A DNA stretch of 64,000 nucleotides. Origin: Tubulanus polymorphus. Lineage: Eukaryota > Animalia > Nemertea. Below the pieces are notes generated by a model. The model worked only from the letters and a program-made list of their open reading frames with translations. It had not been told where the DNA came from and did not search any database. This document shows positions 1 to 13,585 of this stretch, one piece after another. Numbering within the stretch: position 1 is the first letter of the stretch; every line of letters begins with the position of its first letter. The position numbers and the translations under genes are program-made. The stretch lies in the NCBI RefSeq assembly GCF_964204645.1, contig NC_134026.1:20556150-20620149 (forward strand), given 5' to 3'.

Positions 1-1412
1 CCTACCACAACGAAACGTTTAAAGTCAGTAAAGCCATATTATCGTGTTTCCCTCATTATCATGCGGTCGTACAAGGTTTTTTCATATATTTCAGGTAAAT
101 GGAACTGTTACCCTCATCGAAAATATAGCCGATGCAGGGGGTATTAATGCAGCACATCGGGTAAGATGTTCCGAAATGGAGCTCATGAATTGAAAATGAA
201 AATATGTTTTTCTGCTGTGTGGTAAATGCGAGAAATTTTAAACAGTGCATCTATTTTACTATTTTGGGTCGTTCATCTAATCAAGATCCTTTCAGGCTTG
301 GCTGAAGATAATGTCCGAAAGCGAAAAAGATAGTCTATTGCCGGGAATGCCAAAAGGAAGTACGGCCGATAAATTGTTTTTTCTAACTCTGGCAAAGGTA
401 AGCGTGGAGACATTTTATTTCTGACGATTTCCTTAGGCTAAGATTGAATTATCGTACGAATAATGATGCGAATTTATAACTTTCGTATTATCTATTGATA
501 TTTCGAAGAACTACTGCGTGAAAGGAAGCAAAGAGGATCGCCTACGAGATTACGAAATAAACGACCATACACCGAAAGAGCTAAGGTATTGATCTTAAAA
601 TAGGGATTGTCCCAGTTGTTTATTTGGTTTTTAAATTTCGTTTGAGTGTCCCTTACAGACCCACCACACCTGACGGGAGCGAAACAGGGGGTTTGATTTT
701 GAAATCGGAAATCGAAGTATAGATATAGTTGTGTGATCGGCGGTCTAATTTACAGAATTCTTTTTTTTAATCGAAGAACATAATTGGAAATTCGGTTCCG
801 GTTCATTCAAAAAGAGCTAAGGTATTATAAGTAGCGAAGAAACCCCGCTTTAAACCAATTTCAAGGAGGCGATGATCGAAGGCCACAAAATCTAATTGTT
901 TTCTTAGGTTCCGAATTTGCCAGTTACGCGTCACTTGTGACGAATTTTGCGTAAACGACTTATCAGTCAGATTTTAGATTTGCCTTTCCAATTCCCGTCA
1001 TAGAATTTATGTGGGCATATTCATGCAGGGTGAAGTTAATTCAATAAAGATAAGAAAAACAATTGAAATACGCCCACATTCTTAGTTATACCTTTGATTT
1101 TCATCTCTAGGTTTCTTTTTGTTGATTAGCATGTAAATGTACTTTGATTAAAAGCAAATCAATTAAATGCAAATCAAAATGATTGGATCTAGATAGTGTG
1201 CCTGTTCAAGAACTCGAAAAATAGCTTAGATTTTTTTTCTATTTGTTGTACAAAGTAGTTTTTGCGTCTTTCAGAATTAAATAGAAGTTCATTTTCGTAA
1301 TATATATTTCAGAGTTAACGGGATTGTTATCAATTCGAGAGAGTTCGCCAAGGCGTACAATTGCCCGGTCGGATCGCCGATGAATCCGGCAAAGAAATGT
1401 AAAATCTGGTGA
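1..1412 (+). CDS. 3' end of M13 family (neprilysin/ECE-like) zinc metallopeptidase gene, spliced; 5' part lies outside the window
   Basis: Exons ~1-23, 95-160 ([22 protein letters not shown], ENxAD zinc-ligand motif), 296-397 (..[21 protein letters not shown]), 509-585 ([12 protein letters not shown], catalytic His/Arg region) and 1313-1412 ([32 protein letters not shown]). GT-AG borders are in phase; AATAAA at 1473-1478. Missed by the ORF track. Confidence 0.93.
591..810. mobile_element. ~220-bp insertion at an exon/intron border flanked by a 16-bp direct repeat (probable retroposon fragment with TSD)
   Basis: aaagagctaaggtatt occurs at 575-590 and again at 811-826. Confidence 0.6.
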
Positions 1413-2165
1413 ATGTATCTCATAATGAGGAGAACGGTGCACAAATCTCGACTCTAAGAAGAGTCGGTCACAAATAAAGTGGCTTCTTTGTTTTCATAGC
1501 GTTTATCATAAATCAGAAACTGCACAACTAATACATGTATATTTCATTGAGAGTGATAGAACATAACCTTTTGCGGCGTGAACTCTGCGAATTGATATAA
1601 ATAATCACGATTGCAAGTGGAACGACTTTCTTTCTTAGGAAATGATAAATTCCGAGCGTGCATCGTCTTTTTAACTATGGACCAAGATCGCGAAAGATCT
1701 TTCAAGTTTCTATCGGAACAACGATTTTTGAGGCTGCATTTTGAAGATCCGTGATGTCTTTTGTCGCGAATATAAAAAGACACCGTCCGGAAAGTGAAGC
1801 TATGACGTTACCTGACGTCATAGCCTCCTATTATGTAAAGCCCACAATCATATATATGAAGATATGTAGACCAAGCGTTCTACCGGAGCCTATGTTTTGC
1901 ATCAGTGATGAAAAAAAGATTTAAAAGATTACATGTTATACCTGATGTAATATATTTTATAATTTTGTATCTGTTATTCATCAGTGCCCGAAGCGTTTGG
2001 ATGTACTCAAAATGTCATTGTGTAAATACAGAACGATCTAAAGTTTTGTGTCGTGTATACGTAGATCGGAATTAAAAGTTATATGTGATGTACGTAGATT
2101 GAAACCGAAACAATTTCTATTGACATATTAGTTGTTTATCACAATTCTGATTTCTTGTGAAGATA

Positions 2166-2372
2166 ATGGGGAGCCTACGACCTCCTGTGGCAGTCGAGGA
2201 TTCCACTAATGACAGGCGGGGATCCACCAGGTTCGTTAGTAGTTACTCGGTCTTCTGCATTCGTTTTCGATAATAAAAACTGAATGACATCGAAAATGAA
2301 CTAAGTTTGACGTCGTAAGACTGAGTGCTCGTCACGCCATCTGGTGGGATAGCTGGTGCTGTGGTTCCCCGT
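2166..2372 (+). other. Extended imperfect fold-back; candidate structured RNA or SINE body
   Basis: Nested helices: 2166-2175/2363-2372, 2222-2232/2339-2350, 2245-2254/2317-2326, 2260-2271/2289-2300. Non-Watson-Crick positions are G-U on the + strand. Confidence 0.45.
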
Positions 2373-4129
2373 AGAATAGGTGACTGGAATCACTCATCTG
2401 TGTTGTAATCATTTACTAATCTTACAAACATTGTGAGGTTATTGTTTACATTAAGCGTATCGGTATCACTATAGGCCTAATATATGTACATATTTCAAAG
2501 TAATACCTTACTAACCTTCCGTTTCGCTGTTTGTCGTTGTATCGCTGTTTCTCTGTCTTCGTGTCGCACATCATTCACTCTTTAGGCTTACTACGCTCTT
2601 TGTTTCCCAAGCGCAGCTCTTCCAATAAACAGGGGCCCAATCTTATAGCTCACCCAATGGGTAAATTCCGCATTTGTGAATTGGAAAGAATTCTATTCCC
2701 ACAACTAAAGAACTGGTCCATTCCAGGGACCCGCTCCATAAACCCGTAACAATCCCTTTTTAGATTTTGAGATTTTAAAAGGCCATTTTGGAATACTCCA
2801 TTTTGTTTCTCTGGTTTCTCTAATCTTGGAAATAGATAAACACTTTTCAAAAGATGTTCCTTGGCGTCTTATAACTAACCTATCACCAGGTTTATTCGTG
2901 CTAACGTTGTCAACAGCTTGGGAGCTATAGCTTAAAGTATTTACTACAAAAATGAACGACACCCTATTCATCAGTCGCTCCCAGATTACCACGAGGGGTT
3001 TCATACGAAAAGAACCGGGATGTAAAGGTGCGTATTTGGGTTTGAACATATAGCGACAAACAATATGGAGACCGACGAACTACCGATTCGTGTAATTTGT
3101 CATTATAGTCAGTTTTTCCACGTCTGAAACTTTTGGAGCTCTCCGAAGTCTCCCAAGAGCACCTGTTCACCAATCGAATGCGGGATTCTCGAAAAGTGTC
3201 AGGCGTGCCGACGTGTCTCGAGATGTTTTTAGGTTATTCCCACTAGTTAAAAAAAACATCATATGGTAACGCGATTGTGACAGTAAATGTCCACGTATTT
3301 AACATGTATATAATGTTATCTAATTTAATGAACTGTTTGACATACGTTGTATGTTGTAAATGTTGTCGTTACACGATAGTGATATGTGTATAGGTATATG
3401 TATAAATACGTTATTGAAGATACAGTAAATATAAACGCCGATTATATTGTAAATTTTATTTGAGTTGGCCTTTTATTAATGATATTCAGGGTTTGGCTGT
3501 GAATTTTTTCTGGTTATCCATCGTAAGTTCGATTTGACGAGTGCATTGCTTGGAATTTCTTGCTTTATAACCGTCGGGCCCGCAACCGGTTGTGTGAATC
3601 ACGTATATCCTTCCCAATAAACCTCCGGGAGCGTGCCATCAGCCGAAACCCACAGAATCCCGACAATACAGTTTGACGGATTGACGAAAAATTCTCGAAA
3701 TTTGTTTAATCTGTTTGGCGATGGAAAATACGATTTCGTAACTTATCAATCTCGTCAATTCGTCAAACTAACTCGTCACTCGTTAAATAAACTTCCGAAC
3801 CTAAATTCTAATGATTGATCGCCTCTATAAATACAACTTCTCCAAAACAAATTTAACAAAACTAGGCGAAACCATGGGATCTAAACAACGTCTGAACCGA
3901 TGGCTGCCAAGGTCTGAGTGAAAGAGGGAGATAGCGCCTCTGGATTCTATACACCCAGACGACCACGTCATCGAAAATCTAAAACAATAGCCAGTACTGA
4001 CCATACGACCAGTTGAGAGGACTTTGATTTATCATATCATGTGTCCTGAGCACTCATCATACGGAACAGTGCTATATCTCTAGTTAACCCAAGTCGACTA
4101 TCATTAAGATTAGGCAAAGTTTTGTATTC

Positions 4130-6330
4130 GGGGAAAGTCTACCAATGACGGATTTGCGAGCTGCAGAACCGATGTATAGAACTGTGATAACTCAAAAGGA
4201 AAAAAGGAAGAAAATATAGCTGCAAAGCAGCCATAACGGGTTTTCTATAAAATTGCACCTTCCACTTTGAAAATAGAAAAAAGGATAGTATACTGCAAAA
4301 TGTTACTGGTGGTGTCCTGATTTGTATATTCTCGGAGCAATCCTGTGTTTGACACAATTTTCGTAGCAATTTTCTGAGTGAACGAAGAAAGTGGTAAAAC
4401 ATATAGTAAATATAGCTGCAAAGCAGCGATAACGGGTTTCTGCCTTGCTGGGTTAAATGCCGTACTAGGAAGGTTGCAAAAGATTTCACTGAAATCAGTT
4501 CATTACGTACCACTATCTGTGAAGAAGCGCAACCAAGGGGTCAGCCAGTATCATGGGTCAGCCCATATCATGGATATGTTGACCCATGGCTCTGAAGTGC
4601 AAAGTAATAATGTACCAAGTTTAGGGAAAATAACTTCGAGAATATAGGTGATACAGTGTTCTATCATTCCCTCGTGGCAGTTGTATCAACTAATTTAGAT
4701 GGTTAGCCTAGTATACCTACACGGGAAAACGGATGCTAGAATGACTTTTCAAGATTTACGCACCCTAGTGATTAGGAACTAATTAGGATAGGAACTAATT
4801 ATGTGAGGGGTTCGTTGTATCTCATATCCAAGTACATGTGTATCAATTTTCATAGAAATTCCTCCATCCGATTAGTAGATATCAATGAAAATACATTTCC
4901 AACAACTTGTAGGTGGCGCTACTGGAGCACCATATGAGTTACCTACTTGAACCATACATCAATACAAGTGTCTTGTAAAGGGCTACTAACCACACACTGC
5001 AACCTCGATTCTATCGCCAACGGTTAAGAACCTAGGAACAAAAATCGTTGTTTTCACAGTCCCCTGGTGGCAGTTGTATGAACTAATCATGTAGGTTGGC
5101 ATATTACACACATGTCTTTGTACTTATACCAAGTTTCGTGATTTTAACAATAAACAGACCGCATTACATGCGAAAATGGATGCTGAAATCGATTTTTCAA
5201 AATTTACGCCCCCTAGTTAAAATAGGAACTTATCATGTGAGGGGAATCACAATTCTATCTTCAACGGTTAAGGAGCTAGAAGCAAAAATATCGTTGAAAA
5301 ATTTGGGGTCCCATTTTCGAGCCCGTAGAGCCCAAACGGTTAATCGCAGATCGGGCGTGCCATTTTTTTAGCCCCCGGGCTGCCATGAACAACTTTCGTG
5401 CTCGCCCGAAGCTGAAAACTCAAAGACAAAGATTTTTCTCACACAGTAACTTTTCGATGTCAGAATTTTCAATAGTAAAACGCCCCCTGGTGGGTGAACG
5501 AGGTCCCCAATCAAAGATCCCACCGACTTACCTCAAGGTACCTGTCGTCGCATTTTTCACAAACTGGCTCATCTCAAAAAAAATAATTTTTGAGTTATAG
5601 CCGGAAGATAGATGGGGCACATGTGCAATATAACCATGCCAAATATCGGCTTCATATCTCTTATGGTTCTCGAGATACACAAAATTCCTAAGTGACGTAT
5701 CTCAAATAAATGGAGCTAATAATTTTCTCAAACCGGCGTATCTGCGAGGGATGCTCCATTTCAGGCTCAACTCTACTACTATTGATAAAATTTTTATACT
5801 ACATTTTCTCAGGAAATTGCCATTAGTAACTACAATGAATTACTGAACACTCTGGGGGTAGACTTTTCCTATAACCCCCTTTTATTTTTTGACTGAGATA
5901 CGCCAGTATGTGAGAATATATTCTTGATAATTTCACTTAGAAATATTTTCTCAAACTGACGTATCGGATAGATGCCAACTATTTTGTTAGTTCATAGATT
6001 TTTAGGTGGTAAAACGTATTGCAATATGAGAGAATAATAATGGATTGCTTTTGCAGTAAAAATTTTGAGGAAATATTGCATTTTAAGCAATTTGTAGCAT
6101 ATTTCACAAAACGACGAACAACTTTGGCCCCTAAATCTGGCCAATGGTGTATGTTTAAAAATAAAATATGATTATTCCTGTTAATTTGGATAGTGAACTC
6201 CTGTTTGACAGAATATGAAGTTGAAGCAACATAGATTGTTATGAAAACTGAGCTGCCAAAAATTGCGGAATTTCAAAGTCGTTTTGCTCAAAATCGATTT
6301 TTTTTAGATACGCCAGTTTGTAAAAAATGC
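4130..6330. repeat. Complex interspersed repeat / non-autonomous element(s) with internal diverged sub-repeats
   Basis: Repeated aaatatagctgcaaagcagc(c/g)ataacgggttt (~4213, ~4408), repeated taggaact..tatgtgagggg and gtggcagttgtat motifs, and inverted aaac(c/t)g(g/a)cgtatc / gatacgccagt motifs at 5730-6320. No credible ORF; boundaries approximate. Confidence 0.5.
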
Positions 6331-8388
6331 GACGCTGTGTTCCGTACATCTCACGAAAGTTTCAAGTAAATTTGGCCGATGATTCGAGTCGGCCGAATGG
6401 AAATATTTAGGTCAACAAAAAGTATGGATACTTGACATCGAATTTGATAATATCGTAATGATTTTGATAGAACGGTAGGTGAGCTATGTAAAATGAGCTA
6501 TATAACCGAAAATACCAATCTATTCTCTTGTACAATGGAAGACGGATTTCACATGGAATATACCAAAAGGGTAATAAAAGACTTTTGAGTGTCAGTCTGC
6601 GCTTCGCATCCTAGAAGCACCGAAGGTTTGATAAACAAAACGAAGGCCGTTCATTGAGTGAATTAAAACGATAAGTCTAAATTAGAACACATTCAGTATT
6701 TGTGCTATTAGAATTGCAGGCGAACTTCGGTCTATGAACTAATCATGCAGGTTGGCATATTACACACATGTCTTTGTACTTATACCAAGTTTCGTGATTT
6801 TAACAATAAACAGACCGCATTACATGCGAAAATGGATGCTGAAATCGATTTTTCAAAATTTACGCCACCTAGTTAAAATAGGAACTTATCATGTGAGGGG
6901 AATCACAATTCTATCTTCAACGGTTAAGGAGCTAGAAGCAAAAATATCGTTGAAAAATTTGGGGTCCCATTTTCGAGCCCGTAGAGCCCAAACGGTTAAT
7001 CGCAGATCGGGCGTGCCATTTTTTTAGCCCCCGGGCTGCCATGAACAACTTTCGTGCTCGCCCGAAGCTGAAAACTCAAAGACAAAGATTTTTCTCACAC
7101 AGTAACTTTTCGATGTCAGAATTTTTAATAGTAAAACGCCCCCTGGTGGGTGAACGAGGTCCCCAATCAAAGATCCCACCGACTTACCTCAAGGTACCTG
7201 TCGTCGCATTTTTCACAAACTGGCTCATCTCAAAAAAAATAATTTTTGAGTTATAGCCGGAAGATAGATGGGGCACATGTGCAATATAACCATGCCAAAT
7301 ATCGGCTTCATATCTCTTATGGTTCTCGAGATACACAAAATTCCTAAGTGACGTATCTCAAATAAATGGAGCTAATAATTTTCTCAAACCGGCGTATCTG
7401 CGAGGGATGCTCCATTTCAGGCTCAACTCTACTCCTATTGATAAAATTTTTATACTACATTTTCTCAGGAAATTGCCATTAGTAACTACAATGAATTACT
7501 GAACACTCTGGGGGTAGACTTTTCCTATAACCCCCTTTTATTTTTTGACTGAGATACGCCAGTATGTGAGAATATATTCTTGATAATTTCACTTAGAAAT
7601 ATTTTCTCAAACTGACGTATCGGATAGATGCCAACTATTTTGTTAGTTCATAGATTTTTAGGTGGTAAAACGTATTGCAATATGAGAGAATAATAATGGA
7701 TTGCTTTTGCAGTAAAAATTTTGAGGAAATATTGCATTTTAAGCAATTTGTAGCATATTTCACAAAACGACGAACAACTTTGGCCCCTAAATCTGGCCAA
7801 TGGTGTATGTTTAAAAATAAAATATGATTATTCCTGTTAATTTGGATAGTGAACTCCTGTTTGACAGAATATGAAGTTGAAGCAACATAGATTGTTATGA
7901 AAACTGAGCTGCCAAAAATTGCGGAATTTCAAAGTCGTTTTGCTCAAAATCGATTTTTTTTAGATACGCCAGTTTGTAAAAAATGCGACGCTGTGTTCCG
8001 TACATCTCACGAAAGTTTCAAGTAAATTTGGCCGATGATTCGAGTCGGCCGAATGGAAATATTTAGGTCAACAAAAAGTATGGATACTTGACATCGAATT
8101 TGATAATATCGTAATGATTTTGATAGAACGGTAGGTGAGCTATGTAAAATGAGCTATATAACCGAAAATACCAATCTATTCTCTTGTACAATGGAAGACG
8201 GATTTCACATGGAATATACCAAAAGGGTAATAAAAGACTTTTGAGTGTCAGTCTGCGCTTCGCATCCTAGAAGCACCGAAGGTTTGATAAACAAAACGAA
8301 GGCCGTTCATTGAGTGAATTAAAACGATAAGTCTAAATTAGAACACATTCAGTATTTGTGCTATTAGAATTGCAGGCGAACTTCGGTC
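5077..8388. repeat. Tandem segmental duplication, 2 x 1656 bp (5077-6732, 6733-8388)
   Basis: Units are almost identical (I see about four substitutions); paired ORFs 5096/6752 and 5385/7041 are offset by exactly 1656. Confidence 0.95.
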
Positions 8389-9064
8389 TTGCAATTCGTC
8401 GATTATAGTGAGTTGTGCTAGGCCTAGTAATCGAACGTGCGCTATCCGGTCTTTACACATTTCCACAGCGTGCTACCTTGGTCCTACATTTATTATTGTA
8501 TTTTTATTCCAGAAGATGAGGTTTAGTTTTAATCTCGAAACGGTTAGGAAATAAACTGATCTCGAAGCGACCGTGCACAATTCCGTGGTTCGCATTTTTT
8601 TGGACTAACGTTCCGACGTTATATCAAAACATTGTGGATGGTGTTCATTCCTCTACTTCAGGTAAGTCAAACTAAAGGTCTTTATCATTTTCGGCAAACC
8701 ATAAAAAGACGCAGCATAGATGGACCGGGTCCTGTGGCTGTCCTTTGCAATGGCTTTGTAGCAAAATATAATGCAATCGGCGAAACTTCGCTGTTCTTAA
8801 GACTGCCAAAAGAAATTTGCAATATCATCTTTAACGGACGTTCCTTCATATCTTCCGACGAAAGTTATTCCCCAAGTTGATAAGCTGAACTTACCATTTT
8901 GGGTTAAAGGCTACTGAGCTTAATTAATACATACTCTAGGAGGGATTCAAAACCTAAGATATTCCATACCTTTGGTGCGGTATTCAATATTCTCTATTTT
9001 AGCCATTGCTTCCTAAACATATAAGTCAAAAAAGAAGAAGCGTAATCAGACAACACGTTTCAAA

Positions 9065-12000
9065 ATGAAGACCGAAAAATATTCACCAGGATCTACGCCG
9101 TGTCAAGACGGAGATCACGTCCGACTCAAACGTACCATGGGTTTAAGGAATGGCATAGGTGTTATTATGGGCATGATAATCGGCAGCGGTATATTCGTCA
9201 GTCCGAAAGGCGTTTTGGAACATTCAGGTTCAATAGGCGGATCGCTGCTTATATGGACGTTCTGTGGATTTATAGCGCTTTTAGGCTCATTGTCGTACGC
9301 CGAAATTGGCTCGATCATCCCCGTTTCCGGTGGTCCATATGCCTACACGTTACGCGCATTTGGAGAGTTTCCTGCATTTATGATGATGTGGTTGAATGTC
9401 TTCGTTCGTTCACCGATTGGCATGGCTGTTGTTGCAATCGCTTTTGGAAATTATATCATTGACCCGTTCTATTCGCATTGCGATCAACAACCGGAGACTG
9501 TTATCAAACTCCTAGCCATCTTTGCGATAGGTATGTTCACTGTCTTGATTTGGTCTTGCAACTCAAAAGAATGAATGCAATGACTGTTCATGTTTCATCT
9601 AAAACTCAATTATATAGTTAATGGTACCCTTTTTGTGCGACCGGTCGAAAATCCGACTTTCTGTTGCCCTTCATATCATGTAGTACTTTTATATAGGACC
9701 AGATTTTTTTATTGTTTTCATTTCAGTGGGGACAGTTGCATTAAACTGCGTTAGCATCCAATGGGCCACACGTTTGCTAGATAGTTTGTCGTTTACGAAA
9801 ATGATTGCATTAGCCGCCATCATAATCGCTGGGATCATTAAGTTAGGCATAGGTAAATCTAATCGCGCTGTCCAACAGCTCATTTCCACTTAAAACAACG
9901 AACAATTTCATTTAGACTACCAGGCGGGGAGAAGTTCTAAGTTCAGCGAACCTTTCAAAAGAACAAACACCAACCCAGGAGAGTGGGCTCTAGGATTCTA
10001 TGCAGGGATGTTTTCATATTCCGGGTGGTGAGTATACCTTGTTGCAACAACCTTGAAATAAATGAATTCATTGACATTCGTAGTCAAGTGTTTGACGTGA
10101 CATTGTTTCAGGCACAGTCTGAACTTTGTAGCAGAGGAAATAAAAAACCCAAACAGGTACTGTATTGACAGCATTACTGCTCACCGTTGATGGAAAAAAA
10201 TATATTCGTGACGACGATCAGAGAGAATCGCACAATGATAATGAAATACCAAGTCCGAAAATTTTTTCTAGAAGTAGAAGGTTATTCTTTCCAGAAGATG
10301 ACTATTCGAATTGTCGAAACGTCGAATAAACTACCAGCTGTAGAAAACATTTTCGGACTTTGTATTTCGTTATCATTGTGGGATCTCACTATATTAATAC
10401 AATGTGCTATTTGTGTCGGCCCTAAAGAACCATCATTCGCGTAAGGTTTTGTTCGTTTTATTAATTTGTTCCAGGAATTTAACTTTGGCCATCGTGATAT
10501 CTGTACCGATGGTGACATTCTTATACGTGATGACAAACTTCGCATATTTTGCCGTGTTAGAGGCGGATCTGGTGTTGGAGTCAAATGCAGTAGCAGTGGT
10601 AAGGAAATGCGAATATTTATTTTAATTCAAATGTTTAGCTTCCTTTTTCATCGTAAAAATTTCTGATAGCGTGTGGTTTCCAAAATATTCATGAACACTT
10701 TTGCACAAAAATGTTTTGGCATCCATCCTCATATCGTATCATTTGGCAATGTGATGCATACGGCAAGGAATAATGTTTTCGCGCACTCTCGCAGTCGAAG
10801 TGCGTAACAGCAACCGCAATAAACGTTTAGGAACACTACAAAAAAGTGTATTATTGTACTAAATTTTCTTTTTAAACTAGACGTTTGCTAACAAGTTATT
10901 TGGTGTTATGTCGTGGTGTATGCCGTTGCTTGTAGCATTGTCAACCTTAGGTACTTTGAACAGCAGTTTCATCGTTTTACCGAGGTACGAGATAAACGTG
11001 AATTAAAACTGTATCTATGAAAGGAAGAAATGCCCAAATTGGAAAATAATATAAATTAGAAATTCAACAATGACCGACAAAGCGCTTCTAATACATAGTC
11101 ATGTAAGGCCTATAATGCGTTGTACATTTCATTCCAGGGTGATTTTCGTCGCTGCGCGACAGGGCCATCTCCCGCACTGCCTGTCGTTAGTAAGCCTGAA
11201 ATATATTACGCCAATAACCGCGTGTATATTTACGGTTAGTTTCAAATGTTTCAAATGTTGAAAAATTGTGAATGAATGAAGCGAACATTTCTGTTGTAAG
11301 GTGGGGTCTGTCTCTTGTATTCGTGTGTAATGACTTATTTACTTAAAATACTTACGTGAATACGTAAATACTTGTTTACTTGCAGGGCCTTTTGACGGGT
11401 ATCGTAGTGATTTTCAGCGTCGACCTCTATAAACTGATTTCGTTCTTTGCCTTTTTGGAAATTTCAATGCTAGTTGTTCCTGTGATAGGATTATTGTACC
11501 TGAGGTGGAAACACCCGGACATACCTCGCCCAGTAAAGGTTTGTAATTTGTGAAAAAATTAGTGAATGAAGAATTTGAATGATTGACGATTCAGCTCAAT
11601 GACTCGTGAAATATTCGCGATGAATAACTCCACGTAAATCTTCAAGAAAACATTGTTGAACTGATATTAACGCACAATGTGTACCAAAATGGAATTTTTA
11701 TATCGCATTGGCCACTAAACCTCAGGGTGGATCTGGGATTCTTGAAGTGGTAGATCTGAAGATTGGATGAGATTGGAATCATCTGAGAAAGGCAGATTTG
11801 GCAATGCGTGGGCTGCTTGTGCAAAACATTGGTTGGATTTCTGGTGGTCCTCCAATAGAGAAGGGGCCTATCGGGATCCATTTGGATATATTCTTTATTT
11901 TCCTTGCTAAAGAAACTTTTTCATACTTTAATGAAATTTTAAGGGGCCTGACCGGTCCACCGAACCCCTAAATTCGCCCTTGCAACTTATCCGTGAATTA

Positions 12001-12428
12001 ATTCTTTATGGTCTTACGTTGCAGGTACACAAAATTGTTCACATGAGTTTCTTATCCGTTTCGGTAGTAACGCTGATTCTACCATTTTACGTCGATCCAC
12101 TCGGCACGATGTATGGAATACTGTTCGTTTTAACGGGAGTACCTGCCTACTGGTTTGGAATCACTTGGAAAAACAAACCAGCAATTATACAGAAGAATAT
12201 AGGTATTTACATTGAATATAAATCGAAAATCATATTCACATGCATTTATGTATAGATAACTCGTCGAAGTGGGTTAGCCTACGTCAGTGTTACTTCGATA
12301 GGTCTGTTCCCACCTTTAAAATCATTTTATATATATTATTTTTCTTTTGTATAGATTACACTACAATTGGCCTCCAAAAGTTGTTCTTCGCCGCAAAGAC
12401 AGATGCTCTTGTTATCGAGACAGGCTGA
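9065..12428 (+). CDS. SLC7 L-type/heteromeric amino-acid transporter light chain, copy 1 (~492 aa)
   Basis: Exons 9065-9530, 9727-9852, 9916-10027, 10112-10156, 10475-10598, 10881-10984, 11138-11234, 11386-11538, 12025-12202 and 12355-12428 splice in frame (1479 nt). TM1 IIGSGIF, YAEIG..IPVSGG.Y, TM3-4 loop Cys (heavy-chain disulfide), TM5 Lys, TM6 [16 protein letters not shown]. Confidence 0.95.
11722..11981. mobile_element. MITE-like insertion in SLC7 copy 1 intron
   Basis: Absent from the paralogous introns; ends cagggtggatct ... aaattcgccctt form an imperfect TIR resembling the elements at 14288 and 31958. Confidence 0.5.
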
Positions 12429-13585
12429 AGCGGACCGGCCCCCGAAATCGATTGTGACCAAAAGGTCAAATTTCACTGGCAATTGCGTAGTCGGCTCCTG
12501 GACCTTCTTATTCAAAGCAGCCAAAACAGGACGACAAGAAACTTGAAATTGATTTACATTTGAAAATGTAGTCCATGGTCTAATATAATCGCGTTCATAA
12601 AAATATGTATTTTTCCATATTCCCATAAAATATACCACTTGAATTGTAAACATTTCGATTCTGTTGTTTTTCCTATGATGTGACAAAATTATTAAAACAA
12701 CCAATTAACCCTACGCTCGAATTGAATTTGAAACGCTGATCTACCTTCTTTTCTTATTGCCAGAGATCATCTACATCACGAAACAAAAAGTATTTTCATG
12801 ATATGTATGCTTTTATTTGATACACAGATCGACAATAAGCAATATTTGGTATTACAAAATATTAGATATTACAAAATACTTCGAAGAAACTTTAATCTAG
12901 TGTTGATGAAGACAATGGTCGATTTCACAGTCAGAACATACATATTTACGGCTATTCTAAACCAAACTAACAAACTAGATGAATAACCTTTTTAGATTTG
13001 CACTATTGACATCATCAGACAATATGAACTTTGAAATCGAAATTTATTATCTATCTATACCGCACGGGTATATGGAAGGATTTTTTCTAGTAGCGTAACT
13101 GTATACCAATCCGTAAGGCCTCGTGTCATTGAATTATACATGTCGAAAACCTACCATTTTTCCAACGTTAAAGTACGTCGTAACTCGTAAATCTCATTCG
13201 ACGCCAAAAAAGGAACGTACTTCGAGGAGGATCCCACAGAGGATCGAGCTGGCTAAATGGAAATATTTAGGTCATCAAAAAGTATGGTTATATACTTGGC
13301 ACCGAATTATCTACCAACACCGTATTGTGTTTGATAGCGTGTAGCGGGTTCGATTTTTGCTGATACTATAAAGGTGGTACATCGATCCGTCGAAAGTAGA
13401 ACACGTTCTATGTGTGCGATTAGAATGTCCTGAGTGAACGTCGGATTAAGTGGACTACTGATCGCCCGGTGTCACAGTACAACTAATGTCTATTTATTAA
13501 TGGATGAGACCTGTTTTTCTTGGATATTTTGCTTACTTTTTGGGGTACATACCTCATTTATGTCTTTACAGAATGCCAAAAATCG

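Noticed and set aside
655-695. ctgacgggagcgaaac as a hammerhead core
   Set aside because: A9 is G and I could not build stems I and III in any topology.
59-1442. Minus-strand ORFs 59-250 and 1239-1442
   Set aside because: Antisense shadows of the plus-strand neprilysin exons.
2531-3240. Overlapping ORFs with SFRRG and LLGDF words suggesting tyrosine recombinase or endonuclease remnants
   Set aside because: Motifs are short, in different frames and lack surrounding conservation; needs tBLASTx against repeat libraries.
5096-7256. Duplicated 91-aa and 71-aa ORFs
   Set aside because: They recur only because of the 1656-bp duplication; no domain or splice support.
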